Positions 35,319 to 45,717 of a stretch of DNA of 62,765 nt are shown here, piece after piece (the stretch's first letter is position 1; every line of letters starts with the position of its first letter). The notes beneath the pieces were generated by a model, which searched no databases, was not told the origin of the DNA, and worked only from the letters and a program-made list of their open reading frames with translations. Origin of the DNA: a virus (Duplodnaviria > Caudoviricetes); the IMG/VR virus record IMGVR_UViG_3300030098_005334, positions 1 to 62,765 of that record; one strand, given 5' to 3'. Made by a program: the position numbers and the translations under genes.

Positions 35319-36971
35319 CTAACCAGTAGCTTGAACAGTTTTAGTTGCACCAGTATAATCAACTCCATTATTTCCATTTTGTAGATTATCCCAATTATTA
35401 AAAGTTGGATTTCCAGTATCTGCTGGCATAGTTGAATCTCCTCCTTTATTAGTTTGTTTGTTGCCTGGGTTTACATCTAGAACATTTGTGTTTTCTTGAG
35501 CGATAATAAAATCTCCATAAGTACCAGAATCGGTTAATTTCTTATTTATTTTAAAAACCATTCCTACTCTTCGAGGGAGAGTTGTGCCTGAAGTCGGTAC
35601 TCTACTAGAAAGATAAAGAAAATCACCTTTTATTTCCATTGCATTTCTATTACTATAATCATCACTAGGCCAATATAATTCTTGACTACCAAATGTAGTG
35701 CGTACGCTCATTATTTTATTTACTGACCAATCAGAACTAACGCTACCTCTTGTTAATTTTATAAGGTAAAAACCATATCTACCACTGGAATCATTTACGC
35801 CCCAACCACACATATACAGTATATTATTATCATCAGGATCAAATTTCAATCCTCTAGGACTTATGCCGTACCAAGCACTAGGGTTAGCATTAGTTTTGTT
35901 TAATCCAAAATATAGATTTTTTCTAAATGCATACTGTGTTCCATGATCGTTACCATTCCATGTATCTAACACCATGTACGATCCCCAACCTGGATCATTA
36001 CTACCCGAAATATTTGCGTACCATAAACTTAAGTTAGCAATCTCTCCGTTCCCATTAACAGTAACCATGCCTGAATCAGCTGAATCTGAATTACTAGCAT
36101 GAAGCTGGAAATCAGCATATCTACTTCTTAAGTTTGAAAAACTTCCACTATGACTGAAATGTTGAATTTGATTACTTGCCTTTGTTGCACCTGGACTAGA
36201 ACCACCTGAACCATTATTTCCATTATCAGTAGACATATAAGAAACAATTAAATTATTTCCATCTTGTGCTAAACCACAACTTTGTAATCCATAAAAATTT
36301 CTATAATGTGAAGCGGTACCACCTGTATAAGTTCTTCCACAATACCTAGATGTTATCTCTGCACCAGTGCTAGGGTTTACTTTTGTTATCCATACTTTTC
36401 GACCAAGAGTACCTTGGCTGTTATTATTATTGTTTTGATAACACATAGCAAAGAGATTATCATTACTGTCAACAAAAACTTCTACTCCTAATGAATTTTG
36501 GTTGTTACTCTTTATCCTTATTTGTTTACCCCACTGTCTAACACCTGAACTATTTCGTTTCTCAAGATAATTAGTGTCATATGAAATAGAATGTCCACGA
36601 CGAGTGTATAGAATATAAATATTACCACTTGAATCGCAATCAATTGAAGGGCCATGTACAGGAGTGTGATTCCCACTGGCTGTAAATTGAGGCATTTGAT
36701 GTCTAACTAATTTACACCATTGAAAAGTTCCTTCTTTATCTAGTTTTGTTATATAAGTTATACGTTTACTAAAATTAGTCGTACCACTTAGGAGTATTTG
36801 AGCAACAGCAGCATAATAAACATTTTCATTTGAATCGATTGCGACGCTACATGCACTTTCCCATTGACCTCCAACCATATTAGTTGTATCACTTGCTCCA
36901 AGAGTGTTTTTAAATATCCATCCTTTTTCCGCAGCAGAACCTGCACCAAGAAATAGCTGTTGTATAGGCAT
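35319..36971 (-). CDS. Adhesin / beta-propeller receptor-binding protein
   Basis: MPIQQLFLG N-terminus; DSSGNIY propeller-like repeats. Confidence 0.7.
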   Translation of the reverse strand: MPIQQLFLGAGSAAEKGWIFKNTLGASDTTNMVGGQWESACSVAIDSNENVYYAAVAQILLSGTTNFSKRITYITKLDKEGTFQWCKLVRHQMPQFTASGNHTPVHGPSIDCDSSGNIYILYTRRGHSISYDTNYLEKRNSSGVRQWGKQIRIKSNNQNSLGVEVFVDSNDNLFAMCYQNNNNNSQGTLGRKVWITKVNPSTGAEITSRYCGRTYTGGTASHYRNFYGLQSCGLAQDGNNLIVSYMSTDNGNNGSGGSSPGATKASNQIQHFSHSGSFSNLRSRYADFQLHASNSDSADSGMVTVNGNGEIANLSLWYANISGSNDPGWGSYMVLDTWNGNDHGTQYAFRKNLYFGLNKTNANPSAWYGISPRGLKFDPDDNNILYMCGWGVNDSSGRYGFYLIKLTRGSVSSDWSVNKIMSVRTTFGSQELYWPSDDYSNRNAMEIKGDFLYLSSRVPTSGTTLPRRVGMVFKINKKLTDSGTYGDFIIAQENTNVLDVNPGNKQTNKGGDSTMPADTGNPTFNNWDNLQNGNNGVDYTGATKTVQATG

Positions 36972-37014
36972 GATTAACTAACCTCCTTTGTTATAAAGTA
37001 GATATAATGGCGCA

Positions 37015-38802
37015 TTACGACAACCCTGCACCTGAGATGTAAGCTTGAGTTGCATCAGTAAACCACAAAGTACACATTCCTCTTCCTGCAAGAATTCTAT
37101 TACCTGTAGATGCATCAGCAGTGTTATATATGGTTACGCCTGAACCTTGAGTTATCGTTTGATCTGAACCGCTTGCATTGATTATAGTTACTGCATCTCC
37201 AGCCGACATAACATTATTGGCTACAGTCACACCACCTGTTTGCATCATTAAGGTCTTTCCAGCATCACTAGCAGCTAAGGTATGTGCTGATGATATTACG
37301 ACTTTAGGTATAGAACGCAGGTTGCCTTTGCTGTCTGATACCGTTCCAGCAAACGTGGCATTTCCAGAAGAGTCTGCTATAAGAACATCATGAGTAACTG
37401 ATGTACCATTGTGTGAAGTGTGAAGAGTAATTCTTCCTGCTCTTCCATCAATAGTTATTGCTGCTCCCTTCTTTGAATCATCTACTTTATCAGTATTTCC
37501 ATTGCTATCTAAGCCTAAATTTGAATTAATCCTCCAGTAATCTCCGCTTGAATCCCCCCAGTTGTGAACCCTTAAATCACCATAAGTTGCTCCTGACTGA
37601 GAACCGTATAACTGGAATAATGGAGTTGAAAGAGTACTAGTACCAACTTTTGCACCTATAATCCTTCCAGCAAACGTGGCGTTTTGTGAGCTATCTAAAG
37701 TTAGGGCTGTTACAGCGTTAGAAGAAAGATTGAAAGAATTACTACTATGGCTATAACTAATTATTCCTCTATATTCATCATCCCCTGATGTTCCATCAGA
37801 GAAAAATATATTTCCATTACTACTTGTTCCAGACCTTATTGTTATTCCTGTAATACCTGAAGTTGCAATTGTTAAATCATCAGCTTCATCTTGACCTTCT
37901 GTAGTCGTTCCTAAAAGTAGCCTTCCCGAAGTATCTATCCTAGCTTTTTCATTTTGATTAACTGCAAATACTAAGGGATGATTACTAGCTGTTCTAACAA
38001 GACCTTCACTTGTTGTTGCTCTAACATCAACAAAAACATTATTTGATGTATTACCAATACGCATTGAAGCTATACCAGCCCTTTCAAGAGTTAAATCGAA
38101 CCCTGGGCTTGTAGTTCCCATGCCAACCCGATTAGTTGAAGCTTCAACGAAAAGTGTATTTGTATCGACTGTTAAGTTTCCACTAATACCAAGTGAAGTA
38201 AGCGTTCCAACAGAAGTTAAAGAACTTGCCGTTACTCCACTAGCTAATGTTGTTCCAGTTAAGCCACTAGCAGCAGCTGACGTAGCTGTTATATTTGTCA
38301 GCCCAGACCCATTACCACTAAATGATGTAGCTGTACAAGTACCAGTAACAGTTAAACCGTTACCATCAAATAAAGCTTTTTGTACACCATTAGCACTATA
38401 TCCAACCGCACCAGATCCACTTCTAAAGAATCCACTATCTAAATCACTTTCAAATGTGAAACTAGGTGCTGTAACAGTTCCATCAGGAAACTCTGAACCA
38501 GCAGTTACATAATCAGCACCAGCTAAAATTACACCGAAAAAAGCATTACCATTTGCTGGGGCAGAACTAAAGACTATATTTGATCCTAATAATTTAAAAC
38601 CAGCACTACCAGTGGCATCAGGCTCCTGTATAACTCCATTAACAGATATCATTACCTGTTGTTCATTTATTGGAAAAGGTACTGGAGTTGCTCCTTTTAC
38701 CTGTAGAGCAAACGATGTCGCACTGCCATTGAAACTTGAACTTATATCGTCAATTACTTTGTAGCTAGGATTTGCAATCTGCAGATCGTTCCCAATATAC
38801 AT
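37015..38802 (-). CDS. Tail fibre protein
   Basis: DDISSSFNG...SVNGVIQEP; RIDTSGRLLLGTT; C-terminal TITQGSGVT...YISGAGLS. Confidence 0.88.
   Translation of the reverse strand: MYIGNDLQIANPSYKVIDDISSSFNGSATSFALQVKGATPVPFPINEQQVMISVNGVIQEPDATGSAGFKLLGSNIVFSSAPANGNAFFGVILAGADYVTAGSEFPDGTVTAPSFTFESDLDSGFFRSGSGAVGYSANGVQKALFDGNGLTVTGTCTATSFSGNGSGLTNITATSAAASGLTGTTLASGVTASSLTSVGTLTSLGISGNLTVDTNTLFVEASTNRVGMGTTSPGFDLTLERAGIASMRIGNTSNNVFVDVRATTSEGLVRTASNHPLVFAVNQNEKARIDTSGRLLLGTTTEGQDEADDLTIATSGITGITIRSGTSSNGNIFFSDGTSGDDEYRGIISYSHSSNSFNLSSNAVTALTLDSSQNATFAGRIIGAKVGTSTLSTPLFQLYGSQSGATYGDLRVHNWGDSSGDYWRINSNLGLDSNGNTDKVDDSKKGAAITIDGRAGRITLHTSHNGTSVTHDVLIADSSGNATFAGTVSDSKGNLRSIPKVVISSAHTLAASDAGKTLMMQTGGVTVANNVMSAGDAVTIINASGSDQTITQGSGVTIYNTADASTGNRILAGRGMCTLWFTDATQAYISGAGLS
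37344..37680. repeat. 16-bp direct repeat TTCCAGCAAACGTGGC at 37344-37359 and 37665-37680
   Basis: Encodes the (N)ATFAG motif flanking a module within the tail fibre. Confidence 0.8.
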
Positions 38803-38853
38803 CTTTAGTATTTAGTAACTTATTATCTTCTATTGTATTCTGCCCTTATATAG

Positions 38854-39165
38854 CTACTCAGTTGTGTTAGGTCCTTTTGTTGATGGAGCAGTAGGCCAAG
38901 TTACTTTTGTATAATCTGTAAATGTTTGTGGTATGTCTCTAAGAGTTTGACGATAGGCTGCCCAAGCTCCTTGATCTACAGTACAACCTGGTGTCATCGT
39001 CCAATCACTTGTACGTAATAAAAAATCTCTTTTCTTACGAATAATCGCCCAACTTGTTTCTTCTAAATTCAATATTGTTTTATCAAATTGTTTATCAATC
39101 TCCTCCTTAATCGCTGTAAACTGCGTCTGAAGAGCAGCAATGTCCCCAACAAGTGTTAATCCCAT
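38854..39165 (-). CDS. Tail fibre assembly chaperone
   Basis: IRKKRDFLLRTSDWT...WAAYRQTLRDIPQ...WPTAP. Confidence 0.85.
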   Translation of the reverse strand: MGLTLVGDIAALQTQFTAIKEEIDKQFDKTILNLEETSWAIIRKKRDFLLRTSDWTMTPGCTVDQGAWAAYRQTLRDIPQTFTDYTKVTWPTAPSTKGPNTTE

Positions 39166-39169
39166 AATC

Positions 39170-39511
39170 TTAAGTTTGATCTAAGAAGCTAACAGCAATG
39201 TCTGCAGCAGAGCCTGTATTGCATCTAGCTCGTAAAACATCGCCAGATTCTAAAATAATCTTACTTCCACTAATAAGTTCAAGTGAAGATCCAGCAGGTA
39301 CTGGTACATCTTTTAAAAGATGTACTTCATCACCACTACTGGGCTTTATATAGAGATCTATATTTACGCTCGTCGATGTCTTATTAGCGACCATAGCACT
39401 AAGAAGAATAAGCGTAGAAGAGCCTCCAGCAGTAAGAATATTCGTATTAGTCGAACTAATAGCATCAGTTACAAGACTCTGTTTAGTGGCGTTCTTGAAA
39501 GTATTAGCCAT
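39170..39511 (-). CDS. Virion structural protein
   Basis: MANTFKN...KDVPVPAGSSLEL...KIILESGDVL. Confidence 0.7.
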   Translation of the reverse strand: MANTFKNATKQSLVTDAISSTNTNILTAGGSSTLILLSAMVANKTSTSVNIDLYIKPSSGDEVHLLKDVPVPAGSSLELISGSKIILESGDVLRARCNTGSAADIAVSFLDQT

Positions 39512-39512
39512 A

Positions 39513-39908
39513 TTAACTTAGAGCAACAATAAGAGCGAGGTTGTCTGGGGATGAACCAGTTACGGTTAAGTCTCCATTAATAGAGACATTTCCATTAAAA
39601 GATAAAGCACCCGATGAATCTATTGTAAGCTGACCACTTCCTGCAACTAGAGATACTTGATCGGCTCCTGGCGAAAACAATCCCGTATTAGGATCTCCTG
39701 CAAATTGTAAAGCACAATTACCTGCGGAACCTCTACTTAGTCCTGAATTACTACCATCACTTCTTAATAAAGAAAAACCACCTTGAGTAGCACCATCATG
39801 AATAATGGCTGTACTTAAATCTGTATCTACTGTTATTTCACCAAGAGCACCAATAAAAGTCTCAGTTTGGTTTGTTGTGCCTCTACGGAACTGTACTTGT
39901 GTTGCCAT
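39513..39908 (-). CDS. Mtd N-terminal-like domain tail protein
   Basis: VQFRRGTT...GALGEITVDTD...IIHDG..GG. Confidence 0.75.
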   Translation of the reverse strand: MATQVQFRRGTTNQTETFIGALGEITVDTDLSTAIIHDGATQGGFSLLRSDGSNSGLSRGSAGNCALQFAGDPNTGLFSPGADQVSLVAGSGQLTIDSSGALSFNGNVSINGDLTVTGSSPDNLALIVALS

Positions 39909-39912
39909 AATA

Positions 39913-41148
39913 CTATCCTAATGCAACTGCGATTGCGGTAGCAAAACTTTCCGTAGAAACAGTTCCTGAATCATCAGGAGCCGTCAACGTTCGAGTTGTA
40001 CCTGAGCTTATACCAGAACACTCAAAAGCTAATTGCTTTGTAGCGTCTGCATTATCCTGTATTCTAAATCCACTGTCTTTAGTAGTTATTGTGTCACAAC
40101 TAAACGAACTTATACCTGAAAGAGTACTTAAAGTACCACCCAAAGCTACTGAAGAACTTCCTAATGTAATTGTGTTGTTTTGTAATTGTGCGTTAGGTAT
40201 GTTGCTTGTACCAAAAGCTCCTGTTGAACTGTTATAAGTTAAACCTGATCCACTAGCAACACTTAAAGAAGTAAGTAAAGCAATAGTACCACTAGCATTT
40301 GGAAGGTTTATTGCTCTATCCGCTGTGGCATCAACAATACTTAATGTAGTCTCATGATCATTAGCAGTCGATCCTTCAAAGACAATACCTGTGCTTCCTA
40401 TACTTATCGCATTAGCAGCTCCAGCGGCTCCAGCATTTAAAGTTGTTGCCGTTAATGCTGTAAGACCTGCAACTGAAGAAGTTGTAGATCCTAGTTGGAT
40501 GCTTGTGCTACCTAATGTAAAAGTATCAACTGTAGGAATTATATTTGACGCTGTTGTTAAAACCGTACCTGTCTCATCAGGAAAGGTAATAGTACGGTCA
40601 GCAGTTGCATCTGCTGCTGTAACAGTTATTTCAAATCCATTTGCAGTTGAACCTTCAAAAACTATATTTCCACTGCCTATTGATATAGAGTTTGCTGCAT
40701 CAGCAACACCAGAAATTAATGTTGTTGCTGCTAAAGATGTAAGTCCAGCAATTGTTGAAGCTGTAGCACCTAAATCAATTGATGTACTACCAACAGTTAA
40801 CGAACTATTAGCTAATTGACTATTAGGTATTGAACTTGTTCCTAATTCACCAGTAGATGAGTTGTAGCTGAGTCCAGATCCACTAGCAACACTAATTAAT
40901 CCTCTAACATCAGAGTTAGCTGGACCAGTATATGTAATAACTCCTGTTGATGAGTTATATGCAAGACTTCCTAAACCACCTGCATCTGTTACAGATACAG
41001 CACCACGACCACGTGCATTAGTAAAATACAAATTCGTATTTTCTGCTAAATCTGCCGTTGTATTTCCTGCCAGATCTAATTTATCTGACGAGGTATCTAT
41101 CTCGCTAAACAGACCATTAATAATGGTAATTGATTTACGTGTTGCCAT
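39913..41148 (-). CDS. Tail fibre / whisker protein with internal repeats
   Basis: ENTNLYFTNAR; repeated IVFEGSTAN...ADRTI and YNSSTG units. Confidence 0.8.
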   Translation of the reverse strand: MATRKSITIINGLFSEIDTSSDKLDLAGNTTADLAENTNLYFTNARGRGAVSVTDAGGLGSLAYNSSTGVITYTGPANSDVRGLISVASGSGLSYNSSTGELGTSSIPNSQLANSSLTVGSTSIDLGATASTIAGLTSLAATTLISGVADAANSISIGSGNIVFEGSTANGFEITVTAADATADRTITFPDETGTVLTTASNIIPTVDTFTLGSTSIQLGSTTSSVAGLTALTATTLNAGAAGAANAISIGSTGIVFEGSTANDHETTLSIVDATADRAINLPNASGTIALLTSLSVASGSGLTYNSSTGAFGTSNIPNAQLQNNTITLGSSSVALGGTLSTLSGISSFSCDTITTKDSGFRIQDNADATKQLAFECSGISSGTTRTLTAPDDSGTVSTESFATAIAVALG

Positions 41149-41152
41149 TTAC

Positions 41153-41680
41153 TTAAGCGAGCTTAATTGGAGGTTCTGGTCTAATAATTAATTGGTTAGA
41201 AGCAGCTACTTCACCAACCCTTACAACAAACCGACCAGATGTTGTGGGTGCTGTTGCAGTGATAGCTCCAGCTCCTGTATCAGATAAAAACATTAAAACT
41301 CCGGGGCTTAATCCAGAGACACCAAGTATTCCTGCTATTTGTACATCAATAGGATTATCTGCAAATTTAGTTTCTTTCGCAAAACCAATTACAGTTGCCT
41401 CATCTTCTGTGGCGTTACCCACAGCTTTCTTTACTTTTCCTGTTCCTGTATCAAGATAAAGTGCGTCTCCTTGAGTAATATTTTCACCACTAGTTAAAGA
41501 TACTTCTAAACGTCCTGTAACTCTAGTAGGAAAACCCTCTTTAAGATCTATTAAGGCATCAACTAATCCTCTAAAGTTAGGTGCATAGGGTTCTCGTGCC
41601 ATCGTTACACTTTCTGCGAGCATGATGTCAACGAGAATCTCAATGGCACCTTCTATATTTGCTTCATATAAAGAAGGCAT
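41153..41680 (-). CDS. Virion structural protein, fibre/cement-like
   Basis: GENITQGDALY...VIGFA...GLSPG...FLS..G.IT.TAP. Confidence 0.65.
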   Translation of the reverse strand: MPSLYEANIEGAIEILVDIMLAESVTMAREPYAPNFRGLVDALIDLKEGFPTRVTGRLEVSLTSGENITQGDALYLDTGTGKVKKAVGNATEDEATVIGFAKETKFADNPIDVQIAGILGVSGLSPGVLMFLSDTGAGAITATAPTTSGRFVVRVGEVAASNQLIIRPEPPIKLA

Positions 41681-41700
41681 ACATATCTCATTGATTATCT

Positions 41701-41734
41701 TTTATTCTAAATTGTAAAAACCCTTTAGAATAAA
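41701..41734. promoter_or_regulatory. Back-to-back TTTAGAATAAA elements, putative bidirectional promoter
   Basis: Perfect 11-bp inverted repeat (41701-41711 / 41724-41734) between divergent starts at 41680 and 41751. Confidence 0.55.
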
Positions 41735-41750
41735 GAAAAAGGGTATTACC

Positions 41751-41999
41751 GTGTCACCCGAACTCATTGCCGCAATCATCTCAGGAAGTGTTGGAGCTTT
41801 TGCAGGTTTGACGCGAGCCTTATCAAATTTCAATCGCAAATTAGATAAACGTTTTGAAGTTATAGAAAGAGATATTTATGACTTAAGAAATGAAATAGTA
41901 AGAGATTATGTCCTTAAAGAAGATTTCTTAAGAGAGATGCAAGCTGTACACACAAAATTAGATAGAATATTAGATCATCTACTATCACATACTAAATAG
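41751..41999 (+). CDS. TM + coiled-coil protein, holin-like
   Basis: N-terminal TM followed by ...YVLKEDF...KLDRI; lone + strand gene inside the structural operon. Confidence 0.55.
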   Translation: MSPELIAAIISGSVGAFAGLTRALSNFNRKLDKRFEVIERDIYDLRNEIVRDYVLKEDFLREMQAVHTKLDRILDHLLSHTK

Positions 42000-42417
42000 C
42001 TATCCATGCTGTAGTGGCTTGATTCCACATGTACAAAGCATTAGCTGTTTGATTGTAATGTAATTGACCATCTGCAGCATTAGATGGGAATCCTGCAAAA
42101 TTTGAAACTACTGCTTTTACTGTTTTAAAATTTGTGCCATCAAATATTTTTAAAACCTGTGTACTACTCGTGTCTAACCATGATTCGCCTTTACTAAAAG
42201 AGGCAAATCCAACAGGATTACTATTCGGACTTGTAGAACCAACAAACGTTGGTCCTGCTTTTATTAGGCCGGTAGAAGGAGAAGCTGTGTCATCAGCAAA
42301 AAAAAGTCCGGGCTCCGCTGCGTTGTTGTTAACAGCAAGCTCAGCGACGCCAAGACGTATAGGAAAAGGTCTGTCATGAAGAACACTCGAACGTCTGGTC
42401 AGAATCTGAACAGCCAT
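41992..42417 (-). CDS. Virion structural protein
   Basis: LGVAELAVN...GLFF; GESWLDTS...LKIFDG. Confidence 0.7.
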   Translation of the reverse strand: MAVQILTRRSSVLHDRPFPIRLGVAELAVNNNAAEPGLFFADDTASPSTGLIKAGPTFVGSTSPNSNPVGFASFSKGESWLDTSSTQVLKIFDGTNFKTVKAVVSNFAGFPSNAADGQLHYNQTANALYMWNQATTAWIAI

Positions 42418-42419
42418 AG

Positions 42420-44723
42420 TTAAGCGTTGATATAAAGATCAGCGTCTACGACTGTATCCTGATCGGTTAATGGGTTGTATGTCCCACAATCTATTGTACT
42501 CAAGGTATCAGATTTTTCAGTAGGTATACCTGCTGCAAACTCACCACAATTTATTAAACCTGATTCAAACTCGTCTGCATATTCATTTAAAGGCTTATCT
42601 ATAATTCCAAGTTTTATATCTTCAATTTGTGTAGGTACTTTATTAAATAATTTATTGATCAACATTGTCATCCTGTTCGTGACATTTAATTGTTGACCAC
42701 TTCTGGTTAAATTTCCATCTTTATCTCTACGAATACTATCTGTGAGAGTCATACCTATTGTTGAAGGATCAAAATCTGCAACAGATTGTGGTTGATTTCT
42801 ATTACCAACAATTGTTTTTTGACCACTCCACTGTGTATTTTGTTTTGCTAATAAAACATTTCTAAAAGCTTCTTGGATATTTACTTTTTCTTTTTCAAAG
42901 TTTTTATTAAACCTTTCTAAACCTTTATCAAGAGGTTTATCACTTGGTTCTAATAACCAAGAACCAACAAATTCATGTTTTTTTAAATTACTTATTGTGC
43001 AATATCCATTTGATTGATTAGAAAAAGGATAAACAATTATAAAAGTATCTTTATCTTGTACATCTGATACCGTAAATTCTCCTGATATGGCATTACCACT
43101 TGTAAAAGTAATTTGTATTTTTGTATTTTGTTCAAGATTATGATCAGCTGAAGTTATAACAATGTTTGGTCCGTTCTGCTCATAAGTTGCAGTCAAATTT
43201 ATAGGCTCATTACCTTCATCATGGAGCAAAGCCCACATTGCCGCATAAATATGTTTACACCAACGTAGCTGATAGTATGCAAGGTTTTGTACAGCATTCT
43301 CAGCATTATCTTCATATTCAGGAAGTTCATAAAAATTATTAATTGTAACAAATCCTAGATCTCTAAATACACCGGGAATATCATTTTCTTTAGATAATGT
43401 TCCGTCAGGATTTAAAACTTGTCCTTCTCTTGTCTTCCCCACAGAAGTAGTAGGAAACTTATCACTTAGCAAATCACTATATAAATTATAACTATCTCTC
43501 CTAGAAAAGTCTTGACATGAGCATTGCCAACGTAAATCAGTGCTTAAAAATCTACCAACTTCAAAACCTCTGTGTGCTGGTACAGTTGTTACAGCTTTAT
43601 TATTTATTGTTTGTGCTCCATAACTATCTTTTTTTTGAAAGATAACTTCATTAGTACTTGAATCAGTTCCTGTACATGTATATGCAACATAGTTATCATA
43701 TCTGCGTCCTCTAATTAAACGACTTAGTTTTAAATTACCGCTAGTGGCACCACTAGTAATTGTTGATAATGTAAATTGAGTACTGGAAGTAACTGTTATT
43801 TTATATCTACCAGATGCTACTGCACCTGTAGAAACATCAATAAAAACAGTATTACCCGTCGCCAATCCATGAGCTGTGACACAAGTTACTGTTACGGTTG
43901 AAGCATTTCTGGCATATGTACAATTTATCCCAGGATCTTTTTCAACAATACGATCTCCTAAGCGTTCGCCTGTAAGGAAAGTAACGTCTGTAGGCAAACT
44001 ACGAATGCGAACTCTAGAAGTAGTCCAACGCGAATCCCCAAAAGTAGTCGATAGAAAATAATTAACATTGCCACTGGTGTTTGCAGAATTAGTAACCGTT
44101 ACGGTAAATGTATTTTGTGTAGTGCTTGTAATAGTTGCAGTTTCATCTACAGCACCACCAGTTTGAAAATCTAAGAATACATTTTCACCTGGAAAAAGAC
44201 CGTGATCTTGTTTAGCAACAACTACAGAATTACTTGATTGATTATATGTGGAATTAACCACATTACCCAAATATCTGACGCCTAATATAGGTAATCCTTG
44301 TTCATAGAAGCTAAAAGCATCAGTATCACGCATACCTACAATATGTTCACCTAAATCTTCTTTAGCAGATGGATAAAGATATATTCGAGCAGGTATAAAT
44401 ACGCCTGGAAACTGTTGAAAAGTAAAATATAAACGATAATCTCCTCTAATACCTCTTTCTTTAGCAGTAGAGCCCATCATGCTCTGTGTTGTTACATATA
44501 ATTCGTACCCTCTTCTCCATCTAGACCATAAAGAATCACTATTATAGAAATCAACCTCACTAGCACCATAATCACGCTTTAATCTATCAACTTTATAAGG
44601 ATCTTTTGTAATTTTGAAGCCTTTATCGTTATTGAATTGTTTATCCTTCTCAAAACTCTTATCAAACTTTGTTTCAAAGCCTATCTTTGATGGATTCTTA
44701 AAAGAATTTACTCCGAAAGGCAT
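42420..44723 (-). CDS. Large protein with repeated beta modules and a SWIM-type Zn finger
   Basis: Three HGL..G..V.I beta repeats; WQCSCQDF...WCKHIYAA. Confidence 0.7.
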   Translation of the reverse strand: MPFGVNSFKNPSKIGFETKFDKSFEKDKQFNNDKGFKITKDPYKVDRLKRDYGASEVDFYNSDSLWSRWRRGYELYVTTQSMMGSTAKERGIRGDYRLYFTFQQFPGVFIPARIYLYPSAKEDLGEHIVGMRDTDAFSFYEQGLPILGVRYLGNVVNSTYNQSSNSVVVAKQDHGLFPGENVFLDFQTGGAVDETATITSTTQNTFTVTVTNSANTSGNVNYFLSTTFGDSRWTTSRVRIRSLPTDVTFLTGERLGDRIVEKDPGINCTYARNASTVTVTCVTAHGLATGNTVFIDVSTGAVASGRYKITVTSSTQFTLSTITSGATSGNLKLSRLIRGRRYDNYVAYTCTGTDSSTNEVIFQKKDSYGAQTINNKAVTTVPAHRGFEVGRFLSTDLRWQCSCQDFSRRDSYNLYSDLLSDKFPTTSVGKTREGQVLNPDGTLSKENDIPGVFRDLGFVTINNFYELPEYEDNAENAVQNLAYYQLRWCKHIYAAMWALLHDEGNEPINLTATYEQNGPNIVITSADHNLEQNTKIQITFTSGNAISGEFTVSDVQDKDTFIIVYPFSNQSNGYCTISNLKKHEFVGSWLLEPSDKPLDKGLERFNKNFEKEKVNIQEAFRNVLLAKQNTQWSGQKTIVGNRNQPQSVADFDPSTIGMTLTDSIRRDKDGNLTRSGQQLNVTNRMTMLINKLFNKVPTQIEDIKLGIIDKPLNEYADEFESGLINCGEFAAGIPTEKSDTLSTIDCGTYNPLTDQDTVVDADLYINA

Positions 44724-44728
44724 TTTTT

Positions 44729-45511
44729 TTAATAGAAACCACCTTGAATGTTGCAGTAGAAGGCATTTGTTAAAGCAGTTGAACCACTTGTAGCTACAAA
44801 TAAAGCCTGACCTCTTCTTAACATCAATCCTCTATGCTTTGGTATCGTCAAACTGTTTGCACTATTTATATTTGCACCAGATTGTGCTACTGGGTGATTT
44901 ATATAAGGCAAAATACCTTGTTCAGTTAAACTGAAATACTCTTTAGAAACAACAGAATCAATACTTAAAGTGAAAAGTGGGAAAAATTGGTTGATATTAG
45001 TAACTGTAGAAGCTTGAACTAGATAAAAACAAAAATCTGTTGGCAATTGTGCTGTACAGTTACCATTTGTATTACCTTGTGCAGCTATTGTGATAGTAAA
45101 TGTTGTAGCTGTTGCTGCTGTAACTGAATAAACACCATCAGCAGGTAAAGTCCCTCCTGTAGAAGTGAAATCTACAAAAACTTCTTGTCCTACTCTGGCA
45201 TTATTTCCACCTGTAGGAGTGATTACACAAACAGTTCCTGTGTTTGCCCATGTACTGGTAACAGCTGATTTTGGACTTATTATCTGAGTTTCTTTTCTAC
45301 TATATTGAAACCATATCTCATCAATATATGCACCACTAATTGATGTATCTGTTAAGGCAGAATCAGCATCAAACACTTTAGTAGCGTTACCAACTGATGT
45401 AGGGATCAAACTCGTAGAAAAAGATTGACCTGATGCAACTGTTAAAAGAGTGGAGGTATTCGCTGGGCGATCCACCATTAACGGTTGCTTATTGGAGCTA
45501 CTACTTGACAC
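44729..45511 (-). CDS. Virion structural protein
   Basis: 260-aa Thr-rich ORF sharing the beta repeat of its neighbour. Confidence 0.65.
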   Translation of the reverse strand: MSSSSSNKQPLMVDRPANTSTLLTVASGQSFSTSLIPTSVGNATKVFDADSALTDTSISGAYIDEIWFQYSRKETQIISPKSAVTSTWANTGTVCVITPTGGNNARVGQEVFVDFTSTGGTLPADGVYSVTAATATTFTITIAAQGNTNGNCTAQLPTDFCFYLVQASTVTNINQFFPLFTLSIDSVVSKEYFSLTEQGILPYINHPVAQSGANINSANSLTIPKHRGLMLRRGQALFVATSGSTALTNAFYCNIQGGFY

Positions 45512-45555
45512 GTCTATCTATGAGTAAATTTAATAATAATTATAGCTAAAGGATA

Positions 45556-45717
45556 TTATCCTTTTTCTTTTTGTTTTTTTGCCTTAGACATTGCCTCTTT
45601 TCTCTTTTCATCTTTACTACCCTTGTCTTCTGACTTAGGATCTTCCTTGCCGTCTTTTTTAGCCTGTTTCTTCTTAAAATATTCAAGAAGTTGAGGAGGC
45701 ATTTTTTTCTTAGCCAT
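45556..45717 (-). CDS. Small Lys-rich protein, 53 aa
   Basis: Manual translation MAKKKMPPQLLEYFKKKQAKKDGK... Confidence 0.6.
   Translation of the reverse strand: MAKKKMPPQLLEYFKKKQAKKDGKEDPKSEDKGSKDEKRKEAMSKAKKQKEKG

Noticed and set aside
39513-39908. Diversity-generating retroelement suggested by the Mtd N-terminal-like domain
   Set aside because: No reverse transcriptase and no TR/VR pair differing at adenines seen in the window
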